DNA of 64,000 nucleotides, from NCBI GenBank assembly GCA_963804995.1, contig CAWDSK010000009.1, positions 160,001 through 224,000 of the forward strand, read 5' to 3'. Under the pieces are notes generated by a model. The model was given only the letters and a program-made list of their open reading frames with translations. It was not told the DNA's origin and searched no databases. A program made the position numbers and the translations under genes. This stretch comes from an uncultured Acidobacteriota bacterium (GTDB taxonomy: Bacteria > Acidobacteriota > Terriglobia > UBA7540). Below are positions 1 to 11,878 of the stretch, in pieces; the stretch's first letter is position 1, and each line of letters starts with the position of its first letter.

Positions 1-1461
1 GTCGCCACGAGCGGGCGATACGACCCGCGCGCGGGAAAGTATCGGGCTGAGAGCACTCGGATGTTCGGCTTGTTTATCGGGAAAGGATACGAAAGCGCGG
101 AAGCCGATGCCGGCGACGTGCACGTTCGCGCCGTCTTCACCGCGGCAGGGCGGCCCTGCGCGGAGTTGCTTTTGAAAACGGCGGTCGATGTGATCGGTTT
201 CTACCGCCAGCAGTTTGGTTTTTATCCACACCGCTCGCTTTCAATCGTGCCGGGGATGGATTACCCGGCGGGAGGTTATCCCCCGGCCACGGCCCTGATC
301 GTCATTCATGGGCAAGAGCACCTCTCCGAGCGCCCGGAGCCCTTCTGGCGCTGGATCACGGCGCATGAGATCGGCCACATGTACTGGTCCAACTACGTCC
401 TTGCACAGGGTCCGGAGGACCTTACGTGGTTAATGATTGGGCTGGGACTCCATGCGGATCGCGAATATCGGCGAGCTCGCGACATCAAAGGCGGCACGGG
501 CGCGTTGGAGCAGAATTACGTGAGCGGAGTGCAGCAAGGGATTGACACGACCATGGACGTGACCGAAGAGCAGAAGGCCGCCCTTCACTGGGATTTCAAC
601 AATGTTGTGGAGCACGGTAAGAGCTCGGCTTCCCTCAATGCCCTGGAGTCCGTCATCGGTCCGGAAACCTTCGCCAACGTTTATCGTCGTTGCCTGCAGG
701 AATACGCCGGAAAACAACTCGGCTGGCGGGAATTCCAACGGATCGCGGAAATCGAAAGTGGACAGGATCTCAACTGGTTCTTCGAAGCGTGGGTGCGCTC
801 GTCCGCCAATGCAGCCTACCGGGTGGCCGGGCAGGGGTGCGCGCCCGCGGGCAACGCGTTCGATTGCACCGTGCGCGTAGAGCGATCGGGGGCAATGCAA
901 ATGCCCGTGACCGTCGCGGCGCGACTCGATGACGGCTCGGAGCTACGCATCCGAACCGATCGCTTGGCCGACCTGGACGAGCTTAAGTTCACAGCCAGAT
1001 CGCCGCTAAAGCAAGTTGTAATCGAGCCGGATGGGATGGTGGCTTTGGCCGATGCTCCGGGTCAGGCCCAGCGGGAATTAATGGCCAAAGTTCGCCAAAT
1101 GCCCTGGACGGGCGCGGGAGAAGCGGCCCTGGAAGCGTATCGACAGGCGCGCGAGATGAAGATTCAGGATGGGCTATTTTGGCTGAAGCTGGGATTGTTA
1201 CTCTATGACGGTCGATACTATCAGGAAGCGCTTGAGGTAATGACGCAGTTGGGACAAAGCGATTCCGATTGGCGCTTCGCCGCGATGGTGTGGCAGGGAC
1301 ATCTGCTGGATCTGCTCGGGCGGCGAGCTGAGGCAGTGGCATGTTACCAGGAAGCGCTGAAGATGCCGGGCACACCGCGCATGCAGCACAGCCAGTACAA
1401 CCTTGTCATAGATAAACAGTGGGTTGAGGAGCGTCTGAAAACACCCTTCGAAAGAAAATGA
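1..1461 (+). CDS. M1/gluzincin aminopeptidase-like protein with C-terminal TPR-like region (5' partial)
   Basis: Frame is open from base 1. HEIGH zinc motif, M1-like 'QDLNWFFEAWV' segment and TPR-like helices at the C-terminus. Confidence 0.75.
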   Translation, partial: VATSGRYDPRAGKYRAESTRMFGLFIGKGYESAEADAGDVHVRAVFTAAGRPCAELLLKTAVDVIGFYRQQFGFYPHRSLSIVPGMDYPAGGYPPATALIVIHGQEHLSERPEPFWRWITAHEIGHMYWSNYVLAQGPEDLTWLMIGLGLHADREYRRARDIKGGTGALEQNYVSGVQQGIDTTMDVTEEQKAALHWDFNNVVEHGKSSASLNALESVIGPETFANVYRRCLQEYAGKQLGWREFQRIAEIESGQDLNWFFEAWVRSSANAAYRVAGQGCAPAGNAFDCTVRVERSGAMQMPVTVAARLDDGSELRIRTDRLADLDELKFTARSPLKQVVIEPDGMVALADAPGQAQRELMAKVRQMPWTGAGEAALEAYRQAREMKIQDGLFWLKLGLLLYDGRYYQEALEVMTQLGQSDSDWRFAAMVWQGHLLDLLGRRAEAVACYQEALKMPGTPRMQHSQYNLVIDKQWVEERLKTPFERK

Positions 1462-1519
1462 TCGAGCGCTTCGGCAATGCATGAATCGCTCCCACACGCG
1501 TACCAGCGGGCGAGACGCG

Positions 1520-1876
1520 TCAGCTTGGGGGTAGATAGACGATCTGGGCTTCGTCCTCGATTCGGAACAGCCCGGAGCAGACCTTCGATCCGCACACGAC
1601 GGGAGCGGCCCCGGAGTATTGCGTGGCGGTCAGCAAACTCGGCGTGCCGCAGACAGGGCAAGCCAGGATGGCGATGAAACAGGGAGCGAAAGATTCGCGG
1701 AGGGAAGCGTACTCATCAAGGAAGATGATGTCGCCCGGCACCATATCCCCGAGCGAGGAACGATTTACGAAATGGACGGCGCTGGGAAGGGCCTCAGCGC
1801 GCGGTGCGTCCAAGTCTCCCCGCAGGGCTTCACGGTCCATTCCACTGCTCGTTTTCCGAAGCTTATGTTTACCCAC
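1520..1876 (-). CDS. Hypothetical protein with putative zinc ribbon
   Basis: 118-aa ORF with CPVC and CGSKVC cysteine pairs. Confidence 0.55.
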   Translation of the reverse strand: MGKHKLRKTSSGMDREALRGDLDAPRAEALPSAVHFVNRSSLGDMVPGDIIFLDEYASLRESFAPCFIAILACPVCGTPSLLTATQYSGAAPVVCGSKVCSGLFRIEDEAQIVYLPPS

Positions 1877-2036
1877 GGTCTTTTGAACCTGTCTCCCCGA
1901 CTAAACCCAACCCGCATCTCATTAAGGAGGTCGTGGCGCCATCCTCACGTTGCCAGCACACGTCCGCAAACCGGTCTTAACCCCAACCCTGTACACTTGG
2001 CGCGCGCCTTCATATGGACTTGCGCAAAGCATCTTG

Positions 2037-2135
2037 GACTGCGGTAGCAGCAGCTACCGCCTTCCGCCTTCGGTTCATACGGCAAAGTCGCAAGGGGCGG
2101 GGAAAGAAAGGCGGTAGCTGCTGCTACCGCAATCC
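2037..2135. repeat. REP-like inverted pair
   Basis: GGACTGCGGTAGCAGCAGCTACCGCCTT ... AAGGCGGTAGCTGCTGCTACCGCAATCC; same architecture as the pair at 52413-52563. Confidence 0.75.
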
Positions 2136-3000
2136 AGGCCGGGCTTCACCCGCAATTAGACTACCTAATCCGTGACAACGACCAAGTGAACAGTGTTGTC
2201 GCTAGCCAGAATTTTTCACAAGACTAAACCATTTGCGCACGCTCGGACTGGTTGCGGAGGATTCCAGTTTGGAACCGTGGCACCAAAATGGGAAAAGGCA
2301 CGTAAGTCTGAATTCCTTCGACAAAATGCCCATTCCCCGGCCGGTTTAATAACCCCGACCCCCGCAACTCATGTTCGAACCTCCTAATCGCGATCTTGTT
2401 ATCAGCGGCCTGGAATGACAATCCGCATCGTTCCGGACCGGGGGCTACCCATCATGTCCTTCTACCGACGCTTGGAGAGAAATCGGGTCCCCAATGCTTG
2501 AGCCTTGTGGCCCACCCGCGCCTAAAGCGCGTTCACCTATGGGCGCCGCATAATTCCTCTCGCACATACAGTTATCGACCGTTCCTGGTTCCACCTTGAG
2601 AGATAGCAGGAAGAATTCCGCGCCCGGCACTTCGTCCTGCGGCCGGCCTCCGATTAGATTGGAACTCTCCCATTTCGGAACGTCGCGGCAATCGGTGAGT
2701 CGCGAATGGCGATGTCGCGCCAAAAAACCTTTGGCTCGGCGAACGCGACCAACGGGTCACAAATCTTGCCTGGCTCTTCGTGACGTACGCGCCAGGCCCT
2801 CCCACAATCTCCCTGATTCCGGGGTTCAGATGGATTGCAAACCCTTGAATACTTGGCTGTTGTCGTTGGCCTCGGAACGTGTCCGGGCAGAACTCCACTC
2901 GCCCTGAGGGCTTCCCTCACCCTTCCGCTTCTGCTCCACTTGCTCCCACCGCGAGGCTAGGAAACGCACAAATTCCATCCAAGGCCCGCCGCCCGGTGAC

Positions 3001-3017
3001 TTGGCATAATCTTTGCA
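3001..3017 (+). promoter_or_regulatory. Putative sigma54 (-24/-12) promoter of the FliA/WhiG-family gene
   Basis: TTGGCATAATCTTTGCA has exact GG-N10-GC spacing, about 190 bp upstream of the likely start. Confidence 0.65.
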
Positions 3018-3204
3018 ATCTCTAAGGACAGCGCAGCGATTCCAGACACCGAACGCGGCGAACGATGCGAAGAGCACAGGCTCTACGGCGCCGGTGAAGT
3101 GTTGTCTCAAGCCGCGAGGCAAGTTACCTGGGGATCGACGAGCGCTGGCCCAGACGGGAACGAAAGTAAGCAACCCGGGCCATTTGAAAATGAGCGAGGC
3201 TTCC

Positions 3205-4116
3205 ATGGCAACCCAAACGATCCCCACCTGCCCGCAAGTGAGCAACCGGGCAGTCGTACCCGTGATTTCCCCTCGGCTGATGCCGACCAAGATCATCGCG
3301 CCCTCCAAGGTTCGCACCTCCGCACAAAAAGAAGCCGAACAAATCCGGCAGAGACAGCAACTGCTGATCCAGATGCTTCCGCTGGTCAAGCGGCTGGCCT
3401 TTAAGATTCGTGAACACCTGCCCGCGCACGTGGAATTCGACAACTTGCTTGCCAATGGAGTGCTGGGACTGGTGGACGCCATCGCAAAGTTCGACACGCG
3501 GAAGCGCGTGAAGCTGGAAAGTTATGCCCGTCATCGAATTCGCGGAGGCATTCTGGACGGCCTGCGCGGCGCTGATCCTGCTTCCCGCGACATGCGGAGA
3601 AAGAATAAGAAAATCCAGCAGCTCTATCGGCAGCTCGAGGCTAAGTTAGGCCGCTCTGTTACAGATGAAGAGATCGCTGCTGCACTGGGCGTAAGCCTGA
3701 CGCAATGGCACCAGACCCTGAGTGAAGTGCAGGGAGTCGGATTCGATTTCGGTTCACGGAGCATCTCCGCGGGCCCGAGCTCGAAGCGGCCCTCCGCCGA
3801 ACCTAGTCTTCTGGTCGATGACCATGAGGACCCCTTCGCGACGTGTTATCACGCCGAGCAACGCGAGATCCTGAATCGCGCCATCTCTTACCTGCGCGAG
3901 CGGGATCGGCGAATCATCAAGCTCTACTACGAAGACGAACTGACCATGAACCAAATCGCCGAGAGTCTGAACGTGGACGAATCGCGCGTCTCGCAGCTAC
4001 ACGCCGCCGCTTTGGCGCGGCTCAAGGCGTGCGTCGAATCCATTCTGCATCCGAGAGCCGCAGCGTCCTCTCGTCCCGCCGCAGTCAAGTCGATGTCTGC
4101 CGGAAGCAGAGGTTAA
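3205..4116 (+). CDS. FliA/WhiG-family RNA polymerase sigma factor (sigma28-like)
   Basis: Region 2 'GLVDAIAKFD...YARHRIRGGILDGLR' and region 4 'LYYEDELTMNQIAESLNVDESRVSQLH'. Start placed at the ATG after GAGG; 3190 is an alternative. Confidence 0.9.
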   Translation: MATQTIPTCPQVSNRAVVPVISPRLMPTKIIAPSKVRTSAQKEAEQIRQRQQLLIQMLPLVKRLAFKIREHLPAHVEFDNLLANGVLGLVDAIAKFDTRKRVKLESYARHRIRGGILDGLRGADPASRDMRRKNKKIQQLYRQLEAKLGRSVTDEEIAAALGVSLTQWHQTLSEVQGVGFDFGSRSISAGPSSKRPSAEPSLLVDDHEDPFATCYHAEQREILNRAISYLRERDRRIIKLYYEDELTMNQIAESLNVDESRVSQLHAAALARLKACVESILHPRAAASSRPAAVKSMSAGSRG

Positions 4117-4310
4117 CAAACCTCCAGGCGTCGGCAATTCCAAGGCGGGGGGCGTCGCGACGACCAACCCTTGCATCCTTGATAGGTGAATGATAGCCTT
4201 TACGGGCTAACCTGCTCTGAAAGCAGAGTCGAGCCCTGACGGTGTCGAGGGAGTCGGCGATTTGAAATGACCGCCAGTTGCTGCCCCCGACGTGCGGCCC
4301 GAGTGAAGCC

Positions 4311-4568
4311 ATGAATCGACACGAGAACAAGGTGTTTGAGAATCAACACGTGATCCTCGATGAGGGCGTGTTCGTGAATTGCACCTTCAAGAACTGTAGT
4401 TTGGAGTATTCCGGCGGCGACGTATATGTGCAGAACTGTCAAGGCGAAGGGTGCCAACTTGTTTGGCGAGGACCGGCGCAGCGCACCGTGCTGCTCTTAC
4501 AAGGCCTCGGTCTGATGGTTGCGACCCCTCCACCCGGAGGCTCCGAGCCGCCCAGCCGGGTACAGTGA
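4311..4568 (+). CDS. Small hypothetical protein, beta-rich N-terminus
   Basis: ORF MNRHENKVFENQHVILDEGVFVNCTFKNCSLEYSGG with beta-helix-like periodicity. Confidence 0.6.
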   Translation: MNRHENKVFENQHVILDEGVFVNCTFKNCSLEYSGGDVYVQNCQGEGCQLVWRGPAQRTVLLLQGLGLMVATPPPGGSEPPSRVQ

Positions 4569-4808
4569 CCGAATTGTCCGAAGGTCTTCGATCCTAGCGT
4601 AAGCTAACCAGCCCCAAAATCTGGTGTCTTCCTACAGCCGATAACTCTTGTTTTCTTAATAGGTTGGATAAACCTGGAGTGAGCCCGCAAACCTCGCATT
4701 TCTAGAATGAGGAGTGCGGCGCCTGCAATTCTCTTGCCTTTTCTCCGTCAAAACCTTTATATTCAATCGGTTGAGCCTCAAAAGCGCCCAACGCTAAGGA
4801 CCGACAAC

Positions 4809-6320
4809 TTGGCCAAGCCGTCTACGCCACAGATTTTCGTAAGTCTTGCTGCGCCCACCCTAAGCGCCATGGAAGCTCTGGCTATTCGTGTGGCCGGGGT
4901 TCCTGTCGGCTATGAGTTGCGCTTGGATTACCTCCAGAATTTTTCCCAATTCGAATCTCAGCTTCATCAGATGCTCATGCGCCTGCACTTTCCACAGACC
5001 ATTGCCACCTGTCGAATGGCGGCAGCGGGGGGGATGATGCGGGGCACGATGGCTGATCAAGAGGCCATTCTAGCCACTGCGGTGCGTGCAGGTTGCCAGT
5101 GGGTCGACGTGGAGATGGAATCGGTGCAGAAGGGAGGGGCGGCCTTGCTCCGGCAGCTCCGGCCTGCCAAGATTATTGTTTCCTACCACGACTTCCACAA
5201 GACTCCCGCGCTCGGCGCGACGTATCGGCGTTTGGCACGGCTGCCCGTGCAAGTGGTTAAGATTGCTACTTACGCGCGCCAATTGAAGGACAACCTGCAG
5301 ATCCGCCGCCTGCTCAGGGCGAATCGTCGTCGCGCGCCGCGCCTTGTGGCGCTGGCCATGGGCCCTTCGGGAATCCCTTCGCGACTGCTCGCGCTGCTTT
5401 GGGGGTCAGCCTTCACTTACGCGGCGCCTCTCAATTATTCCCCGGCAGCAGCAGGTCAGGTTCCGGCGGAAGTCATGCGGGGGGTCTACCGGGTAGATCG
5501 ACTTGACAGCCGGACGCGTCTCTACGGGGTATTAGGGTCTCATGCTTCCATGTCCCTTTCACCGGCCATGCAGAATGCGGCATTTCAGGCCAAGCACGTG
5601 AATGCCGTTTTTCTGCCTTGTGAAGCGAAAAAACTTCCGGACTTCCTCACTTTTGCGCGGGAGTTGGATTTGCAGGGATTTGCCATCACCATGCCTTATA
5701 AGCGCGCCATCCTGCGAGCGCTCGACTGGGTTGATCCTCTTGCCAATCGCATCAGCGCCTGCAACACGGTGGCGTTGCAGCGTGGCCGCTGGCTGGGGTG
5801 GAACACGGACGCGGCCGCAGTGGTGGAAGTTCTCACCAAGCGCTTGCGCCTGGCGGGCAGCCGCATCCTGATTTTGGGTGCGGGCGGGGCGGCACGGGCG
5901 GCAGCTTACGCCGTGCGCGCCGAAGGTGCGGAGGTCATCATCGCCGCGCGGCGAGACCAAGTGGCGCGAACTCTGGCGCGCGGCGTCGCGGCACAGGTGG
6001 TTCCCTGGGGCAGCGCCGAGGGCCTGGAAGTGGATGCCGTCATCAACGCGACGCCGGTGGGCATGTACCCGCACATGGACGCTACGCCCATCGACCTCGC
6101 CCGGCTGCGGGTGCGGGTGGTGTTCGACATGGTCTATTACCCGCTCACTACCCGCCTCCTGAACGAAGCACGAGGGCGCGGCTTGACCACCATCTCCGGC
6201 CTGGAAATGCTGGTGGCGCAGGGAGCGCGGCAATTCGAGATTTGGACGGGCCTTGCGGCTCCGCGCGCGCTGATGGAACAAGCCGTTCGTCAGGCACTGG
6301 ACCACTCGGCGGGAGGGTAG
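4809..6320 (+). CDS. aroE: Bifunctional type I 3-dehydroquinate dehydratase / shikimate dehydrogenase
   Basis: N-half has ELRLD, IATCR, SYHDF and VKIA; C-half has SLSPAMQN, TMPYK, NTD, GAGGAARA, NATPVGM and GLEMLVAQG. Start uncertain (ORF opens at 4707). Confidence 0.9.
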   Translation: MAKPSTPQIFVSLAAPTLSAMEALAIRVAGVPVGYELRLDYLQNFSQFESQLHQMLMRLHFPQTIATCRMAAAGGMMRGTMADQEAILATAVRAGCQWVDVEMESVQKGGAALLRQLRPAKIIVSYHDFHKTPALGATYRRLARLPVQVVKIATYARQLKDNLQIRRLLRANRRRAPRLVALAMGPSGIPSRLLALLWGSAFTYAAPLNYSPAAAGQVPAEVMRGVYRVDRLDSRTRLYGVLGSHASMSLSPAMQNAAFQAKHVNAVFLPCEAKKLPDFLTFARELDLQGFAITMPYKRAILRALDWVDPLANRISACNTVALQRGRWLGWNTDAAAVVEVLTKRLRLAGSRILILGAGGAARAAAYAVRAEGAEVIIAARRDQVARTLARGVAAQVVPWGSAEGLEVDAVINATPVGMYPHMDATPIDLARLRVRVVFDMVYYPLTTRLLNEARGRGLTTISGLEMLVAQGARQFEIWTGLAAPRALMEQAVRQALDHSAGG

Positions 6321-6351
6321 GTCTTCTGTACGGGTGCGACCAAACCATAAA

Positions 6352-6536
6352 AGCAAGGCAAAAGGCAAAGTGCAAAAGGCAAAATGCAAAAGTGGGTGAA
6401 GATCGAACGTCTAAGGTTAAAGGTTAAGAATTGAAGGTGGATGAAGGTTCTCTTTTTGACTCACAACCTTCAAATGATTCGTCGCAGGTTCGGCTTTCTT
6501 GTGAACTTTTGCGTTTTGCATTTTGCCTTTTGACTT
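6352..6536. repeat. Heptamer-repeat inverted array (GCAAAAG)n ... (TTTTGCN)n
   Basis: Degenerate 7-mer tandem run and its complement in the aroE-trpE spacer. Confidence 0.8.
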
Positions 6537-6548
6537 GTTCTTGATTCC

Positions 6549-8051
6549 ATGAGCGACGCCAGTCCCAATTTCTCCGAATTCAAGAAGCTTGCCGCCCACG
6601 GCAATGTCGTGCCCGTGTATCGCACGATCGTCGCGGACTTGTTGAGCCCTGTCTCAGCCTTCCTTAGTCTTTCGCCTCAGCATGGACGCGCCACCGGCTC
6701 ACACTCCCACAGCTTCCTACTCGAAAGCGTGGAGGGTGGCGAGCGTGTGGGCCGCTACACTTTCTTTGGCGTCGACCCTTTCCAAATCGTCTCCTGCCGC
6801 GGCGACCGCATCACCGTCACGCGGGGAGCGCACCGTGAAGAGCAGCGGGGCAACGTCTTTGAATTCCTGCGCCGCCTGGGGGCGCGCTACCACTCGGTCA
6901 CGATCGCGGGCCTCCCGCCCTTCACGGCCGGCGCGGTCGGCTATCTTTCCTACGAAGCCGTGCGTATGCTGGAGCGACTGCCGGCGCGCGTCGCCCCGAA
7001 CGTCGATCTGGACGATGCGGTCTTCATGTATTTCTCGAACGTGCTGGCTTTCGATCACGTACAGCATCGCCTTTTCCTGATCTCCAACGTGCTGACGGAA
7101 GAAGGTAAGGGAAGCCTGCGATCAAAATACGACGCGGCCTGCCGTCAACTCGATCACCTGGAAGGGTTGCTGAGCCGCCCGCTGCGCCTGCCCCGGGCCC
7201 GCCCTCCGCGCGGAGCCTTGCGGGTTCGTCCCAACATGTCGCGACAGAAGTACGAGGCGATGGTCGAGCGCTCGAAGGAGTACATCCGCGCCGGCGACAT
7301 ATTCCAGGTAGTGCTTTCGCAACGCATGAAAGTGCCCGTGCGGGTTCCGGCCTTCGATGTCTACCGCGCTCTGCGTGTGGTCAATCCCTCGCCCTACATG
7401 TATTACCTGCGCATGGGCGAAGCCACGGTGCTCGGTTCGTCACCGGAAATGCTGGTGAAAGTCTCCGGCCGCAACGTGGAGTATCGGCCGATTGCGGGTA
7501 CACGACCGCGCGGCAAATCGGAGGAAGAGGATAAACGCCTGGAAGAGGACCTCCGCTCTGACGCCAAGGAGTGTGCCGAGCACATCATGCTGGTTGATCT
7601 TGGCCGCAACGACGTGGGGCGCGTCTCAGAATTCTCAAGCGTGCGGCCCAAGGAAATCATGTTTGTGGAGCGCTACTCGCACGTGATGCACCTGGTCTCG
7701 CAAATCACCGGGCGCCTGCGTCCCGATGCGGACAGCTACGCCGCGCTCGCCGCCTGCTTCCCCGCCGGCACGCTGACCGGCGCGCCCAAGGTCCGGGCCA
7801 TGGAAATCATCGACGAACTCGAGCCCACGCGCCGTGGCCTTTACGGTGGGTCAGTGCTCTATCTCAACTTCTCCGGCAATCTAAATTCCTGCATTGTCAT
7901 CCGCACAGTATTCATCAAAGATAAAGTGGCCTACCTGCAAGCCGGCGCCGGCATCGTGGCCGATTCCGTCCCGGCGCGCGAATATGAGGAGTGCCTGAAC
8001 AAGGCCCGCGCCGTACTCCGCGCCTTCGAACTCGCCGAAAAAGGTTTGTAA
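6549..8051 (+). CDS. trpE: Anthranilate synthase component I
   Basis: LLES, GDIFQVVLSQR, NPSPYMY, PIAGTRPRG, EHIMLVDLGRND and GAPKVRAMEII motifs. Confidence 0.95.
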   Translation: MSDASPNFSEFKKLAAHGNVVPVYRTIVADLLSPVSAFLSLSPQHGRATGSHSHSFLLESVEGGERVGRYTFFGVDPFQIVSCRGDRITVTRGAHREEQRGNVFEFLRRLGARYHSVTIAGLPPFTAGAVGYLSYEAVRMLERLPARVAPNVDLDDAVFMYFSNVLAFDHVQHRLFLISNVLTEEGKGSLRSKYDAACRQLDHLEGLLSRPLRLPRARPPRGALRVRPNMSRQKYEAMVERSKEYIRAGDIFQVVLSQRMKVPVRVPAFDVYRALRVVNPSPYMYYLRMGEATVLGSSPEMLVKVSGRNVEYRPIAGTRPRGKSEEEDKRLEEDLRSDAKECAEHIMLVDLGRNDVGRVSEFSSVRPKEIMFVERYSHVMHLVSQITGRLRPDADSYAALAACFPAGTLTGAPKVRAMEIIDELEPTRRGLYGGSVLYLNFSGNLNSCIVIRTVFIKDKVAYLQAGAGIVADSVPAREYEECLNKARAVLRAFELAEKGL

Positions 8052-8085
8052 CCGCACCCCTTGAGCAACCCCGTCCCTTCCCTCA

Positions 8086-8215
8086 GAAGCTGTGAAAAAA
8101 TCCCGTTGTAGCGGCGGTCTCCGACCGCCGACCGTCGATCGGAGATCGACGCTACAAAGGGCACGGCGGTCGGAGACCGCCGCCACAACTCGCGACAATC
8201 TTTTTTCACAGCTTC
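8086..8215. mobile_element. MITE-like element, copy 1
   Basis: Terminal inverted repeats GAAGCTGTGAAAAAA / TTTTTTCACAGCTTC, TCA on both flanks, internal GTAG-type REP hairpins. Confidence 0.75.
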
Positions 8216-8235
8216 TCAAGGGTGAGAGATCCCGA

Positions 8236-9270
8236 CTAAATCGTTCGGGTGACGATGTGCAATGAGCGGGGCTTGTCCGGATCCAATCCCTTAATCTCCG
8301 CCAGCAGCGCGGCAAAAATTTGTCCTGGAACGATGTAAGGAATGGTTGAATAGATTTCCGGCATCTCGCCCGGTACCCGGATGACCCGCATCGCTGCCGG
8401 AATGCGCGTCTTGGGACCCGAGATGGCCACCACCTCTGCCCCCAGCTTGCGCAGCCGCACCGTCAGGTCCCGCATGTCTTTGAACGTCTTGCCCGGCGGC
8501 ATGAAGATAAACGCCGGGAAATCACGCTCGATCAACGCGATGGGTCCGTGGAGAAAGTCCGCGGCGGAGAAGCGCTCCGCGATGACGTAACAGGTTTCCA
8601 TCAGCTTCAAGGAGAACTCAAAGGCGTTGCCATAATTGATGCCGCGGCCCACGACCACGCAATGATTCATGTAACGGTAGCGCTCCACCAACTCGCGCAG
8701 GTCGGGAATCAGCTTGAGCGTTTCCTTCACGCGATCCGGTACCTCACTGAGGCTTTCCATCGTCACGGTGGTGCCCAGGGCAGCGGCGAGGAGATAGAAG
8801 ACCATCAGTTGGCCTGTGTAGGTTTTGGTGGCCGCCACGGAGCGCTGCTTGCCTGCGTGTACCAGGAAGACTTCATCCACCAGCTTGGCCATGGTGGAGT
8901 CCTTTTCGTTCGTAATGCCTATCGTATAGCCGCCCCGGCGTTTGGCCGCCTCAAGCACCATGTTGATGTCCGCGCCCTCACCGGATTGCGAAATGGCCAC
9001 TACCAATGCCTGGCGATAATCCAACTCAGTCCCGTAAACCGTCTGTACTGATGGGGCACAGAGTGAAACCGGAATGCCCGTGGTAATCTCCGTCAGGTAG
9101 CGGCCAAACCGCGCGGCGTTGTCAGATGTTCCCCGTGCTACCAGCACTACCAAACGGAAATTCCGCTGGCGAGCCGCCTTCATGAATTCCAAAGCATGCG
9201 CCCGCTCCGCCTTGAAGGTCGCCCGCAGGGCCTGGGGCTGTTCCAAAACTTCTTTCAACATGAGTGACAT
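8236..9270 (-). CDS. Two-SIS-domain sugar-phosphate isomerase/deaminase (like the GlmS isomerase domain)
   Basis: ARGTSDNA, ISQSGE, VAATKTY, EFSLKLME, FLHGP and 'GLDPDKPRSLHIVTRT' tail; no glutaminase domain. Confidence 0.88.
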   Translation of the reverse strand: MSLMLKEVLEQPQALRATFKAERAHALEFMKAARQRNFRLVVLVARGTSDNAARFGRYLTEITTGIPVSLCAPSVQTVYGTELDYRQALVVAISQSGEGADINMVLEAAKRRGGYTIGITNEKDSTMAKLVDEVFLVHAGKQRSVAATKTYTGQLMVFYLLAAALGTTVTMESLSEVPDRVKETLKLIPDLRELVERYRYMNHCVVVGRGINYGNAFEFSLKLMETCYVIAERFSAADFLHGPIALIERDFPAFIFMPPGKTFKDMRDLTVRLRKLGAEVVAISGPKTRIPAAMRVIRVPGEMPEIYSTIPYIVPGQIFAALLAEIKGLDPDKPRSLHIVTRTI

Positions 9271-9340
9271 GAATTCCTCTGTCTCGAGCTCTGCCACGGC
9301 AGACGGGGACGATCTTCTTGGGGCGATTCTCGAAGGGTTG

Positions 9341-9622
9341 TTAATGATACCGGATTTGGATTTTAGCGTGGAGGGGGATCAGCGTGTAGTCGAACTCCTC
9401 CAGCGCTTCATCCTTTTCGGTGATGACCAGAAGGTATTTCCCGATCTTGGCGATGAGGCCGCTGGAGGTTATCCGCGATCCCACAAAAGAGGTGCCCTGG
9501 CGCATGGCGTCGAAATCCGGGAGCTTGCCGCGCGTGGTGCTGTGTGCGTCTTCCCAATCCACCTCGCCGGGCCGGAACCGAACTCCTTGAATCGAGACAC
9601 CCTTTGGCTTACGCATGACCAC
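9341..9622 (-). CDS. Hypothetical protein
   Basis: 93-aa ORF with protein-like composition, co-oriented upstream of the SIS gene. Confidence 0.5.
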   Translation of the reverse strand: MVMRKPKGVSIQGVRFRPGEVDWEDAHSTTRGKLPDFDAMRQGTSFVGSRITSSGLIAKIGKYLLVITEKDEALEEFDYTLIPLHAKIQIRYH

Positions 9623-10012
9623 TCCATGATATTAGATGCTGTATGAATCGGCGGGACGCTCCCGCTATAGCTTTACAAGGCTACCGACCATTTCCGCTGG
9701 TTGCAAGACTTATCTTTGGTGAATTTTTGTCCCTTTCCCAAGGGGTCAATCTGGGTGGCTTTAACCCCTTGACGGCAAGCTACTTGGCGTCAAGCCCCGG
9801 TTCGGAAAGGGTTCTGGTTTTGTGGGGCCGGGGGGAATCAGCAGAATAGATCGAGTTTAGGACAGATGGTCATTTGGCCACTCGCCGATACCTCACAATT
9901 CATTCATTCTAAGCAAGTTGTCCAGCAGTTTGTTTGTCCTAGAAAACAGTCAGCGGGCAAAAAGGGCAAGCGCGGCGAGGGTTGGTCTCTCGCCGCGCTC
10001 AGGATAAGGCAA

Positions 10013-11674
<1,662 letters not shown>

Positions 11675-11692
11675 GGTTGGTTCCTTTAATAA

Positions 11693-11876
11693 CTCGGCTT
11701 TCGGGACACGGGATACGGGACACGGGACACGCCAGAATCCCAAATCTATGGCTCCAAATCCCATGTCTCTTCGAATTCGGGGCTCTGTATTCGTGCTTTG
11801 CCCAAGCCCCACGTCTCTTTGAACTCAACGTTCGGGTTTTTCCCGTGTCCCGAATCCCGTGTCCCTTGTCCCGAGT
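11693..11876. repeat. Heptamer-repeat inverted array (CGGGACA)n ... (TGTCCCG)n
   Basis: CGGGACACGGGATACGGGACACGGGACACG and a complementary run between the aminotransferase and pckA. Confidence 0.8.
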
Positions 11877-11878
11877 TT

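Noticed and set aside
4809..6320. aroD-aroE fusion as a novelty
   Set aside because: This bifunctional architecture is already known from plants and several bacterial phyla.
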